DNA from: Vitrella brassicaformis CCMP3155
Taxonomy: Eukaryota > Protista > Chromerida
Length of the DNA stretch: 64,000 bases
NCBI GenBank assembly: GCA_001179505.1
Contig: CDMY01000349.1
Coordinates: forward strand, 1 to 64,000
Direction: 5' to 3'
Position numbers and translations under genes: made by a program
The notes under the pieces: generated by a model
What the model saw: the letters and a program-made list of their open reading frames with translations, nothing else
Database searches by the model: none
What the model was told of the DNA's origin: nothing
Shown: one piece after another, positions 1-12,901 of the stretch
How the letters are laid out: each line of letters starts with the position of its first letter
Numbering within the stretch: the first letter of the stretch is position 1

Positions 1-333
1 ACTGCCGACAGGCGGATGATAGACAGACCTGTTAGGATCTGCCCAACTGCCGATAAGCTGAAAAGACAAACCAGTTTGCTGCGCCCATGTAAGAATAGGT
101 GGGAGAGAGTCGGGGAGAATGGTGAAGAGAGGATCTGCCGGGCGGTCAGTCCCGGATAAAGGATTAAGTCAATGCAACGTAAGGTCTGTGGATTTTGTGG
201 AGAGTCCACGTAGGACATGTAGTATGCGTCAGTCCATCCTGTCTGACGTCCTGTCCGCCATGGCCTGTCTCATGGAACGGACAAAGACTCAACAGCCGTC
301 CTGTCTCACAGATCAGTGGATCGTCGGTCTATG

Positions 334-353
334 AACCCTAGACCCTAAACCCT
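334..353. promoter_or_regulatory. Telo-box-like motif cluster upstream of the SET-domain gene
   Basis: aaccctagaccctaaaccct about 130 bp upstream of the ATG at 487. Confidence 0.4.
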
Positions 354-486
354 GGACCGACTTGCACTTCTGACACTAACAGACACGATACGCGACGAGG
401 AAGGGCAGCACAACGTACGTGAGAGCGAACACCGGCCCATCTATTCATTCTTCCATCGTCTTGTGGTGTTGGTTGGTGCAGCTGTC

Positions 487-3482
487 ATGGGAGTCCGCGG
501 GTGGCCCGCCCAGCTGGGCGTAGCGGCCTCCCTCGGTGTGCTGCTTGCTATGGGCTGGTACTTCTGGGCAAAGCTGGCGAGCAAAGACGGAGATCTACAA
601 GCAATCAGGTGGCTGAAGAGCATTAGAGGGAGCCATCCCTCCTTGACGCATACATCTCCCTGTTTGTCCTCTCAGGGAGCAAAAGAACGCTCAGCTTCAG
701 GTGCGCATGAATAATGCAGCACACGCCAACAAAAACAAGGCACCTGTGTTGATCGATGCTGCTCACTTGTCCCTGTCCCTGTCCTCTCTGCTCATTCATA
801 CGGCAACGGACGACAGACCTATCACGATGCGTGGGTGTCGTTCGAGCGTGCGGGTCTGCGGGGCATTGTGGAGCTGCACGACTTCGGCAACGGCGTCGGC
901 GTCCGCCTGTCGCCACACAACAACGCCTCGCACGACGAGCCGCAGACCAGCGGGACCAGGGGGGCTGTGCCCAACAGCACACTGCTCTTCTCCTTCCCTG
1001 GTGAGTTGCCGGACGGACGGGTAGAGGATGAGCACAATGACGACCTGCGGCCTGTCTCTTCAGGTTCCCTCGCGGTCGATCTGCTGTCCGCCTCAGGACC
1101 CCTTGCTCAGCAGCTCAAACAGGTGGGTGGGTGCACGTGTGTGGACGAAGAGTGGGTCAATGATGGATGGCTGGCTGGATGTGAGCGCAGGACATAACGT
1201 CGGGGCGGATAACGCCACTCACAGCCTGCCTGGTTCGAATGAGAGGCTCGCGTGCCATCTTCTGATTATTCTGATGATGATGATGATGGGTGCGTGTGTG
1301 TGGGTGGGTGGGTGTTTGTCAGGGTCTTTTCTTGGCTGAGCGGCGGGCGGATGAGGCCTCCCCTTTGGCTGCCTTCTGGCGGGCGGTGCCCGACAGGCAG
1401 TGGCACAAGGTCAATGACAGATAGATAGATGTGTGATCAGCACGAAGGAAGGAATCCTTCCTTCGATTGGTGTCTTCGTGCAGGAGAATGGCATCTTCTC
1501 CATCCCCGACTATGAGTTCAATCTCACTGCATTTGGGACCACCATGGAGCACTGGAAAACACAGGCACGTGCCATTCTGCCGACAGAATGCCGCATCAGG
1601 CCAGGAATGTGGCTTCTTTGCTGACCGATCGCTCAGGCCGTTGAAGCAACCAACGCCGCCTGGACGTACCTTTCAGAGCAGCCGGCATTCCAGGAGCCGC
1701 ACCTCTCCATCGACGAGGCACGCAACAGCTCCCTCCATCGGCGTGCATGGATCTGCATCCGTTCTTTCCTGTGTGTTGTGTTGCGGGTGGCTCTGTGATG
1801 GTGTGTGTCAGGTTCGGTGGGCGTACATGCTGGTGCACTCACATGGCATCGGACACGGCAACGCACGGAGGGGTACGCAGGTGGACGGCTGGGTCAATGG
1901 CCTTGTGAGAGGTTCTGCCCGTCTGTCTGTGTATGGTGGGGTGGTATGCAGGTGGTGTGGTGGTTGAGCCTGCATTCATGGCTCCTGTGCTCTTCATGCG
2001 ACCAACGCCAGAGGAGAGGGACGCTGTCCGGTAGCTTAACATACAAAACGGAAGGATGGCTGCGCACATATTTAATGTACACATCCCTATGCTACGTATT
2101 CTGTGTTCGTGCAGCATCTTGTGGAACGATACGACGAGCCGCTACGAGGTGTACGCCAATGAAGACACCAAACCAGGTGTGGGTGGGTGGTCTTTCCGTC
2201 CGTCACCTCTTGTGTGTATGTGTATATGTGTATCAGGGGAGGAGCTGTACGCGCATTCCCCTCTGCTGTCTGATGCCTCCCTGTTGGCCTACCGCGGCCT
2301 GTGGTACCCCTCACGTCACCGCATGCAAGTCACTCTCAACCTCACCGACACACTCAACCGACCAAACATGTATGTGCACGTGTGTATGTAAGCACAGGGC
2401 GCCAGCCGAGCTGGCAGTGTCTGGTCTTTACATGGATGTTTTGGTGCGGGTGGTGTGGTGTTTGGCAGATCGTCTGCGACTGTCGAGGCCATGAGGAGGC
2501 ACGGGTGCATCGACGACAGCAACCAGCTCTCATTCTGGATCAAGTAAGACCACACAGCGGTCTCTTGGCAGTGTCGTCTTACTGTGCATCACGCTCTCTT
2601 CCTGCTGCCGCCTGCAGGATGATAGACAAGAAGCAGAAGATCCCTCCGGTATTGCTCTCGTGCATGCGCCTGCTCGCCGTCGCTGACACACCCAACAAGT
2701 GGGCGATTCAATGCATCCGCTGCAAGACTCCCTACCTCGCACTCCCACTCTCACTCGCACAGGTATGGCGTGCTCGAGCGGAAGAACTGGTTCGGTGCAT
2801 GGCCCATCACACGACACATCAACCAGCAAAACGAGGCACAGGCCGCACAGACAGCCAAGGTGAGTGAGGTGGCTTGAGGTCTGTTCCGCCACTCATCGCT
2901 GTGTGTGTGTGTGGGTGGTTGGGTGGGTTGTCAGGCGTTGCTAGATGTGCTGTTTGACCAGCTGATGTCGGTCAACGTCGAGATCAGGGAGAAGCTGGGC
3001 AAGAAGACCACCGGCGACATTCCTTCCATGCAGGTCTGTGAGGACAACACAATACCCGCAAAGGCCTTGCAGTGGTGGGACATTCTCTGTGGCTGGTGTG
3101 GGTGGTGACTTCAGGTTCGCATGGCGGAGGTCGAGATGCTCGTCAGCCTCATCACGGTAAGCACCCGAATGTGCCTGCATCTTCGAATTCCCTTCACCAC
3201 TCCCTCTTGTCTGTTCCCTCCCTTGCCCAGTCAATGAAGGACCTGGAGGCCATCGCCAGCAACCAGGTCATGTACGAGGCGTACCACGTCATGATGCTCG
3301 AGGAGTGGAAGAAGAAACACGGCACTCACACACCGCACCCATCGCTCACGACGGCCGCCGATGCCAGCGCTGACCACACTAACGCGACCGACACGACCGG
3401 CGGGGGCGAGGGAAGTGTGTTGGGGGATGCAAAAGCAGAAGCTGTGAAGAATAACGGTGTGGATTTGGCCAAGAGCAGCTGA
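487..3482 (+). CDS. Multi-exon divergent SET-domain protein (Rubisco-LSMT/SETD3-like) with N-terminal hydrophobic anchor
   Basis: Spliced segments: MGVRGWPAQLGVAASLGVLLAMGWYFW (TM/signal), HDFGNGVGVRL, VFFLAERR..AFWRAVP, VRWAYMLVHSHG, and YEVYANEDTKP|GEELYAHSPLLSDASLLAYRGLW, which resembles the LSMT-type 'GEEVFISYG..SNAELLLYYGF' motif. Stop at 3480-3482. Confidence 0.65.
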
Positions 3483-4535
3483 GCCGAGTGTGTGTGTGTG
3501 TGGGTAGGTGGGCGGGTGCGGGCGGCTCTGTTGGTGGTGGTTCTGTAGAATAGGGCGTGTCTTATGTCTGCCTGCGTGTACAGAGGAAAGGCGAAGACTG
3601 ACTGACGCGATACACAGACGAACGGTGTTGATAGTCAACAATGGGTGTTGGTCTTTGTAGCTGGTATTGATGGGTGGATGCATGGATGGACGGAAAGATG
3701 ATAGATAGAGTGTTCAAATGTGTTCATACGGCTGTCCTGTCATCGCATCATACCCTATCGTACCACGGGAACCCCATACAAACTTACGTAGACGGACGGG
3801 CCGATGTGTGCGCACACACAGACAGACAGACAGACGGACAGCCAGATAGACAGGCATGAATGCATTCATTGACTACACGAGGGACGGGAAAATTGGCTCA
3901 CGTCCTACCTGACCTACAGAGGAGGGCCATGCCATGGACACAGCCAGTCACTTAACCAGTCGGCTACCTGAAATGCACGGCCTACCTGCGATCAGTGGGT
4001 GAGTGTGGGTGATGTGGGTGTGTCCTGTCTGCAGGCACACGCATGTGTGGTGTGGCGTCTTGGTGGTACGCACACACAGACCGACACACACGTTTTATGG
4101 ATGAGTGAGCCCTTTGGCCACGTGTGAAACCCACCCACCCCTCCGCCACTCTCTGCCTACAGACAAAACCCACCCACCAAAACCGCCCGCCCCACGGCAG
4201 CACAGGGGACGCACACGCACTGCACACAAAGCACACAAATACCTGTATGTCGGTGTATATATATGCAGCACGGCCAGCCATGGAAGAGAGAGACCGACAG
4301 ACCTATCTGGATGAATGAGTCGGTTGATCGATCAAGCCATACATACGGTGTACAACACACACAATGATGCGCAAGTGGGTGGCGTCCCCAAGCTATGTAC
4401 ATAAATAGGGGACACGTCGCGGATACACAGACGCGTGTGTAGACAGACATGCTCTACACTCTACAGGCACTCAGACCTATATTTTCCCTTCATTGAGCAA
4501 CCAACCTTCTGCCCAACTCGACCTGCTTGTCAAGG

Positions 4536-6416
4536 TCAGATCTTGCTCGCCGGCCTCTCCCGGTCGCTCCCATCCTCATTAGACAGAATGTGCAGAGAGC
4601 TGAAGTCCCGCTCGCCACGCCGCGGCCGCTGCCTGCCTGTCACGGCCACGTCGCCCACACACAGCCGGCTTCCTTTCACTTGAGGCGAGTCACACCTCCA
4701 CCACACCACCCACCACACACAACACATGATGGAACAGACCTGTCGAGGCATGCCCACCCCGCCCCTCCCCACCTCACGTAGATGTCTTGTTGGGGCTGTT
4801 GCTGCTGGTGTTGCTGGTCGAGCGACCTCCTGACTTGGCGGACGAACGCGCAGCTCTGTGGATGGTTCGGCCGGTAGGGGTGGAGGGTGGCCTCGTAGCC
4901 TTTCCTTGATGCACATGCAGATGAAGATGAAGGTGAAGAGGAAGATGCGCATGGTGGCGGAAGCGATGGCGACGGACGGGGCGGCATGGAGGGGGACGGG
5001 CACGACCTGTGGCCACTGGTGCTGCTTCTGCTGTTGCTGCTGCTGCTGGTCTGCGTCGGTTCCTCGAGCTCGATTGTGTCGAGGACCTCCTCGAGGAGGT
5101 CTGAGGCCTCGCCCTGGAAGAGGGGGGCGGGGGACAGCAGCGACTCGGACAAATGGACGCTGCTGCTGAAGAGCTCACTGATGCTGAAATGAAGACACAC
5201 CAGGACAGACAGACAGTGAGCATGCATCCGTCGTGCCTTGACTCCCAGGACTACACCTCACCTCGCCTCGTCTCCCCCGCTGCCCAGCGACCCGTCGCCA
5301 TCATCACTCCCATCGCTACCCTCCCCATCTCCCACACCATCAAGCGCGTCGCGGCTTCCCCTCTTGGTGTGCATGGGTGTGGCGTATGCACTGTCCGGCC
5401 GCTGTGATGGCAGCAGGGGCGGGGTGGCCAGTGTGCTGATGAGCGAGGGGCTGTCGGCCAGGGAGGTCCAGGGGGAGTCGTCATGGTCACCCTGACGGCC
5501 CTCGGTTGGTGTGTCTAGGTCGATTTCTTCTTCTGCCTCCTCTGCAGATGAGCTTCCGGCCTCCTCTGTCCGCTGTATGGCGCTCTCCCACTCGTCGTTG
5601 CCATCCTCCTCATTCTCAGATACTGACAGGCAGTCAGGCAATCACACTAAAGAATGAATTGGTCTCGGACGTCTTCCGGTGTGTACTCACTGGTCTCTTC
5701 TGATTCGCCGTGCAGTGGTGATGGCGGGGGGAAGGAGGACGGCCGCCAGTGAGCACGGTAGCGGTCCACGCGACAGACTGAGTCGGCACCAGACGACGCC
5801 ACAGCAACCTGATTGACGCACACACAACCATCAATATCTGTGCTGATCCTGATCGGCCCATGGCCTCCACCTGACCTGCAGTGTGTGGAGGCGAGTGAGT
5901 GAGCCCAGGAGCTGCCTCTGTATGGCCTGGTGTGCCTTGAGGAGGTCCAGGTACTCGTCCCTCACGGCAGCTATCTCCGCCTCCACATCAGCGAGGGGCG
6001 AGAGGGGCGGCAGCGGGAAGTGCCGCGGGGACGGGCTGCGGGTGGAGGTGCGCTGACACACACACACACACACGCACACAAACATCCAGACAACCAGCTC
6101 ATATGACGAGTCTGTCAACACCTCATCCGAAGGAACGGACCTCTCTGGCCTTCCGCCTATCCCTATGATGGGTCTTGTCCCTGGACCGCCCGCTGACCGA
6201 CGTGCTCCGCCGCCTGTGGCTGTCCCTGCTCCTGCTGCTAGTGTGGGTGGCGGAGGGCGAACAATGGCCACCGTTGCCGCCCACATCCCTCTCCCTCTCT
6301 GGCTCCCTGGCGATGCTGTTGCTGTGTGTTCGTCTGGTGCGGGACGACTGGGAGGCGTGTGGGTGGCGCCTGCCGGGCGGACAGGGGGGTGGAAAGGCCG
6401 GCGAGGGCGGCAGCAT
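4536..6416 (-). CDS. Multi-exon hypothetical low-complexity protein with a short coiled coil
   Basis: Coding-like exons separated by GT-AG introns: LADVEAEIAAVRDEYLDLLKAHQAIQRQLL, acidic ENEEDGNDEWESAIQRTEEAG, and EASDLLEEVLDTIELEEP. Both ends are uncertain. Confidence 0.5.
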
Positions 6417-7031
6417 CCCTCGCAGTGGGTCAGTCAGTCAGTCACCTGCGGGCAGACAGACAAGAAACAGGCGCACACCACACATGAGAGTGTCAGTGCA
6501 CTCATACGTCTGAAGTCTGGCGGGCCCCAACGGCTGGGGCAGCTGTGCTGTATCAGGCTGCCTCCTCCTGACTCACTCCCGCACTCAATTCACGCCTCTC
6601 TTGCTGTCTTCCCTTCACACGTCGCAGCAGAGCACCCAACCACACGTGTCACCAAGAGTGTCCGGGCTGGTCTGTACTGAGCTGCTTGGGTTCAAATCTG
6701 CGGCCTTTCTCCGCTGCACTCACTGCCATATCTGCCCCGATCTGCCTTGCTGAGCTCGTCTGATCCCATCCTTACCTTGTTGTTCCGGTGCGGTCGGCTC
6801 GGAGCGGCAAAGTCGCCCGCAATTGCTGGTCAGTGGATGTGTTCAGTGCGAAGCGTGACACTGTGCAGCAGCCGCAGCTTCATTTCATCCACAAGCACGA
6901 TCTACTGAAAGCTCGCAGCACTGGCCGCTGTGAAAACCGCTGCTGCTGGTCGGTCAAGTCCGTTGATCTCATCTCAGGCCTGATCTGCCGATACTGCAGG
7001 GATCAGTGCATTCTCAGGAGGATTTTCACTG

Positions 7032-7358
7032 ATGAAGGCGCTGATACTGCCGATATCGCTGCTCCTGGCGGTGTTTGCATCTCAGCCGCTGTCAGCTTTC
7101 GTCAGCCCGCCCTCGCTTCTCTCTCATCGCCTCTTGCAGAAGCACCGCGGCGCACCTTTTCTTCGGCAGACAACTCTGTCAAGCAGCGCTGTGAGCGCGC
7201 CACCCGGCGTGAAGCAGCAAGAGGGTGTGGTGGAAGCAGCGTCTGATCATGAGGACCTGCAGCGCGAGGAATCGAGAAAGGCGGGGCACTACGGGTAGGT
7301 ATGCCTCACACGCGGGAAGGTCCGTCCACAGAGGGAGGTGTGCGTGTGTTGCGCTTTA

Positions 7359-7393
<35 letters not shown>

Positions 7394-9235
7394 GTATACA
7401 TACGACGACATGAAAGACATGGGTCCTCTGGAGATGGCTGTCCCCGCAAACGGCTGGCGGATCGGTGTGTGGAACTTCCAGCGGGAGTGGTTGGCAATAA
7501 GGCGTGCGATTCGGTACGGCGACATGGCGCCAGAGAGCGGGTGGGCCAACGCACCAGGTGGCGACGGGCCGTTCGCCGGGCTGCTGAATGTCCTGCGTCA
7601 GTGGGACAAAAACATAGAGGACGTGCTGGCCACGTCATTCAATGTGCCCAGACTGACGCCATCCAAGGTGCAGCACCCGACAGATGAAGAAACCATCCGA
7701 CTGCGGCAGGTCAGCTCGGCGGCTTGCGGGGGCATCAGTCGGTCGTTCCTTGATTGACGGCTGGCTTGTGTTTGTTTCGACTTTTATCTATCATCCATTA
7801 GGAGTTGAGTCGATTGAGTCTGGACGACGATGGCGTGATAAGGAGAGAGGAGGAGAGGGTGGAGAAGATGAAGTTCCTCCTGGAGAAGTACAAGGACATG
7901 GACACCTCCAAGTACCCAGCGGATACCGGCCTGGAGATCGACCTCCAAACCATACAGACCTACTTTAACGCCCCCCTCCTTATCAAGGTCCGACAGACAG
8001 ACGGAACACACACAGCAGAAGCAGGATCGTCTCGTGCGTGTGTCTTGCTGATTGACTTGATTCAGGTGCCGTATCTGTTTCTGTGCTGGCTGTTGGACCG
8101 GCTGTACGCGGGGCGGCCGATTCAGCGGTTCTGGACCCTGGAGACAGTGGCCCGCATTCCCTACATGTCCTACATTTCCATGCTCCACCTCTATGAGACA
8201 CTCGGTTAGTCAGTCACTGTGTGACGCAGGCAGGCAGGCAGGCAGCGGAGAGAGAACCGTGATGGCTGATGACATGTATGTGCACGTCTGTGTCTGTCTG
8301 TCTGTGTGTGTGATCAGGTTGGTGGCGTGTGGGCGTTGAGGTGCGTAGGGTGCACTTCGCCGAGGAGTGGAACGAGATGCACCACCTGTTCATCATGGAG
8401 AGCCTGGGAGGCGACCAAGCATGGTTCGACCGCTTCCTCGCACGACACGCCGCCATCGTCTACTACTGGGTATTTTTCAGCTTATATGCCTGCGCGTGCA
8501 CGCCCGCTTACGCGATGCGTGGCATGTATATGTGATATATGTGTCTTGTCTGTATGTCTGTTGGTGTGCAGGTGGTCATCTTTCTCTTCCTGATTTCGCC
8601 GACGTGGGCCTACAATTTTTCAGAGCTGGTCGAGTGGCACGCTACTGACACGTACGCCGAGTTCGTCGAACAGAACAAAGACCGACTCAAACGGGTGGGT
8701 ATCCATGTCCGACGACACCTCTGTCCGTGAGTGTGCCTGATTTACGTATGTGTGTGTGGATGCTTCCCATGCAGCTGCCGGCCCCTGCTGTAGCTTTGGA
8801 GTACTACAATGGGGGTGACCTTTATCTGTTCGATGAGTTCCAGTCGTCCCGCCCGGCCGAGTCGAGACGACCAAACATCGAGTAACTAACCTAACAGACA
8901 GGAGAGTGGACGAATTCGTCTCGTATGTATTTGTCTTGTCTTTGCGTGCATGTTTCTGCATTTAGCAATCTGTACGACGTTTTTGTAACCATCCGTGACG
9001 ATGAGCTGGAGCACGTCAAAACCATGTCCGCGTGCCAGCGGCTCGAGTCGGTACGCATCAAAGTGACATCCTCTGCATCTGCTTGATCCGAATGTCAATC
9101 AGTGTGTGTGTGTGCGTGTGTGTGCGTGTGTGTGACACACAGGCCATGAAGTCGCCCAACGCGGCCGCTGCAGCCGCCGGCTTGGCGCCCTGGGCGGAGC
9201 CGGACAAGGAGGAGGAGCCCGCGGGGGCCAAGTGA
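7032..9235 (+). CDS. PTOX: Plastid terminal oxidase (alternative oxidase family di-iron protein) with bipartite signal + transit peptide
   Basis: N-terminus MKALILPISLLLAVFASQPLSAF-VSPPSLL. Family motifs RFWTLETVARIPYMSYISMLHLYETLG, HFAEEWNEMHHLFIMESLGG, AYNFSELVEWHATDTY, YYNGGDLYLFDEFQ and NLYDVFVTIRDDELEHVKTM (iron-ligating E/ExxH). Confidence 0.95.
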
Positions 9236-10031
9236 GGGTTGAATCCATCGACCAGCAGGGAGGCTTTTTGTGTGAGTGTGTGAGTGTGAGTGAGTGGGTG
9301 AGTGAGTGAGTGAGTGTGCAGTAGATGAGCGAGTGCATGAGCTTTCGATGACCAAATCAAGCTGTGAGAGCCAGCCGTTTGGGCACAAAATGGGATGGAT
9401 GGATGGATGGATGGATGGCTGCGGGGAGTGAGTGCGTGTTGTTGTTTGTTCGTCTGACCCCCCACCCGATGATCGAATGAATGGATGGATGGATGAATGC
9501 CACCTTTTTTTCCCTTCCGTGCGTGGGGTGCGTGCGTCTGTCGTCCACTTTTCCCTCCCTCTCTCTGAGGTGACTGATATGCTGCGTGCAGTGAGTGCCT
9601 GCTCTACATACATACATATCCACCCGTCAAGTCCGGGTCGGTCCTGCCATGCATGTCGCATGGTGTGCGTGTTGCATATGGGGTCTTCTTTGTCATATAT
9701 GGGAAGCTGATGATCAATTGATGGGCACCTAGCGCTCGTGAGGTAGCTGACTGACGTATATGTGGCGTGTGCGTCGAATAGGCAGTGCAGTGTCTGTTGA
9801 CATTCGGGCGTGCCACTTTTTTGTATGGACACTCGGTGTTACTTGCAAGGGAACTTTCACTTCAGTGCAGATCGTTGTTCTTCCGCTTCCTTCTGCTGTG
9901 GTGGAAATGCCTCGGCGCGGACTCAACCTCTCTCCGTCGGGGAAGATCATCGCACTAGCTCGCATTCCGTGAAACTGCTCGCCGAGGAAAAAAGAGAAAG
10001 ACGAATCACAATACTTCGACAAACAACAACG

Positions 10032-12324
10032 ATGACATCCCGTTCGCACCGCGACGACCCCTCGACTGACGCCGAGATAAGTGCCCCGACGAGCAATGCA
10101 GTGGTGGACGTCCCCAAGGACGGGCAGGAGCAGCACGAGGACATGCGCCGCAGCCTCATACACGAAGATGCGCTCAATGGCGGCGATGCCGCCGACAGCG
10201 AAGTGGACGAGGGAGAAGGACAGGGCGAGGGAGGCGTTGTGGTAAGTCAGCCACACACACACACACACACACGCACGCACAAGACAGCAATGACAATCGT
10301 GATTTGAGGAGTACCCACGAGATTGCATGTGTGGTGTGCTGTGTGCTACTTACTGTGTGTGTCCAGGTGAGGAGGTTGGGTCAGACGACTGTTGTGTTTC
10401 TGTTGGCTTTTGTGGTCATCATCACGGGGGCTTTCAACTACGTCACGGGCAAGATAAGGGCCAAACCGCTGGGTGCATACGATGTGAGTGAGTGGGCTGC
10501 ACGGGGACAGACATCGACCCAACGACGGACGGCCATGAAGTACTGTTGCTTGGCTTGCTGTGTGTGTCAGTACTTCGTATCCTTGTTCAACTCGATGGCC
10601 TACTGCGGCCTCTACTGGGCCATACTGGTGAGTGAGTGTCCATAGGAACACGTGACGGCATAGATTCACCACCACTGCCTTGGTGGATATACGTGTGTTG
10701 TGGTGTGATCCATTCAGTTGGTCCGCATCGTCAGCGGTCAGGTGACCCCCAAGCAGCTGAGCTACGTGTGGCGCAGCGAGGTGCCCTCCAGGCCTTCATC
10801 ATTCGCTGGCGGGGCCTGGAAGTGGTTCGTCCTCACTGGTAGGCCACACCATTGATCCCACCGACCACAAACACAAACACGAACACGTATGCGTGTCTGT
10901 GTCTGTGTGTGTGTGCAGGTCTGTTTGACAGCTGCGGCAACATCTTGGGATTCATCAGCCAGCCGTACGTCAGCGGAGCCGTATACAGCCTGATGAACCA
11001 GACCATCGTGCCCTTCACGGCCATCGTGTCGATGATCATGCTGGGGAGGAAGTACACACTCTGGCAGGTCTGCGCCATCACCGTCGTGGTCTGCGGGGCC
11101 ATCCTGGCCCTCGTCCCCGACCTCAGTGCCCACCCCACCGGCGGCAGCTCACACCACATGCATGCCTCGGAGTCCCTGGGGTTCGCCCTCCTCACCGCTC
11201 TGTCGACGCTGCCCTCCGCTCTGTCCTTTGCTCTCAAGGAGAAGATCTTCCGCAAGTACGCCCACCACCACCATGGGGGCGACGGTACGCCGCCCGAGTC
11301 GCTAGACCTCTTCGTCGTTAACTCACATGGGAGCCTGTTTGGGCTGCTGTGGGTGCCGCTCGCACTGCCCCTCAACATCGTCTTCGGCCAGGTGCGCATG
11401 GGAGGGTCGGGCGCGTGATTCGGTCGGGTCGATGCACTTGTGTCCATGTCTCTCTGTGTTGTGGGCGTTCATTCATTCAGACAAACGGTCAGCCGTTGTC
11501 TCAGTACGTGGTGGACGGCTTCTCGTGTTTCGGTGGCGTGACGCCCGACAGCTGTCTGTGCTACGAGCGCAACTGCCAAGCGTGGGGGTGCTGCAAATAC
11601 GCATTCAGCACTTACATGGTCTATGTAACGGTAAACCTCGCATTCAACATCTTCCTACTTGGTACGCAACAAACACACAAACGTGGCTCAGTCAGTAGAC
11701 AGACAGGGATTGTGACATTGTGTCATGCGTGTTTGTGTGGGTGCGGTGCGGTGCGGTGCGTGTGTGTCAGCTTTGCTTAAGGTGGGGTCGGCCCTGCTGG
11801 CCTTCATCTGCCTCAAGGTGGGCTCGTGTGTGTGATTGACTGGCCGAACACGTACCTTGGCGTGTCTGTGTTGTTGGCCAGGCTGTGTTGCCCTTATCGA
11901 TTCTGCTATTCGCCGTGTATCCCTGGCCGCTGCTCGACCAGAGTGACACCAGAGTCACGCCATACACATGGGTGAGTGAGTCGAAGAAGGGCAGGGAGGA
12001 ACCGATGGATGCGGTGGTGTTGGCTGGCTCTTCCTGCAGGTGAGTCTGGTGATCATCTTGGGTGGTGTGGTGTGGTACAAGATGACCGACATACACAAGG
12101 AGGCCATCAAGAAGAAAAAGTTCGAGGGCCACGAGCCGCCATGCCTGTGGCCCCTCCCCCTCTTCAAACGGTCAGTCAGCCGGATGCATCCACTCACGGC
12201 CCAAAGCACAACCACTGCATGTCGATCTGCATGCATGGCTGCGTGTGTCAAGGGGTGCTGCAGATCTCCTGGCGTCCGCCAGCCGTCGCGTCTGCCGTCG
12301 TCGGCGCGCAACGACACCCACTGA
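10032..12324 (+). CDS. Chloroquine-resistance-transporter (CRT/CLT) family membrane transporter
   Basis: About 10 hydrophobic segments. Motifs GAFNYVTGKIRAKPLGAYD, GLFDSCGNILGFISQPYVSGAVYSLMNQTIVPFTAIVSMIMLGRKYTLWQ, LSTLPSALSFALKEKIF, Cys loop GFSCFGGVTPDSCLCYERNC..CC..AFSTYMVYVTVNLAFNI and GSALLAFI all parallel PfCRT/plant CLT. Confidence 0.85.
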
Positions 12325-12901
12325 GAGCCGCACGCCGCTCACACAAGAGGGGGAGGACAGCAGTGACCCCGCAACCACCGCTAGAAGGGCGCATGTGCCT
12401 GGGAGAAAAGACAGCTAGCTCAGCTGAGCAGCCAGAGAGAGAGAGAGAGAAGATCTGGCCGGCGGTCCCCGGGAGTGGGAGGCGGGTGTACGGTGTACGA
12501 TAAAACACACACGCCACGCCATGGGCAGGGCAGGCTGATCATGCGACTGACGAGAGGGAGTTTCTTGGTGGGTTGGTCGGTTTGGTGTTGTTTGTCATGT
12601 GTTGTGTTGAGCGTGTACATACATAAAGATCCAAAGGTATGAGTGACTGTCTTCCTCTCGAGCCAGGCTCGGTGTACATTTCGTGTTTGCAGCGACTCAC
12701 ATTCATGGACAGTGCATGGCTGAGCCACGACGCTGTCTCGGTTTGTCTCCTCTTGTACTGCATGGGGCGGCTCGGGAATCGGGATGGCTATGCCGTCGAG
12801 AAACCTGACGTTGAGAACTACGTTGCTTCGATCGCCCTCGCCCCCCGCCTTTGGGGCCCGTTCTCCCTTCAACCCGTCCAACAAAAGACAATTTGACGGT
12901 C

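Noticed and set aside
1-334. Gene at the left edge
   Set aside because: No convincing ORF or splice pattern within the visible sequence.
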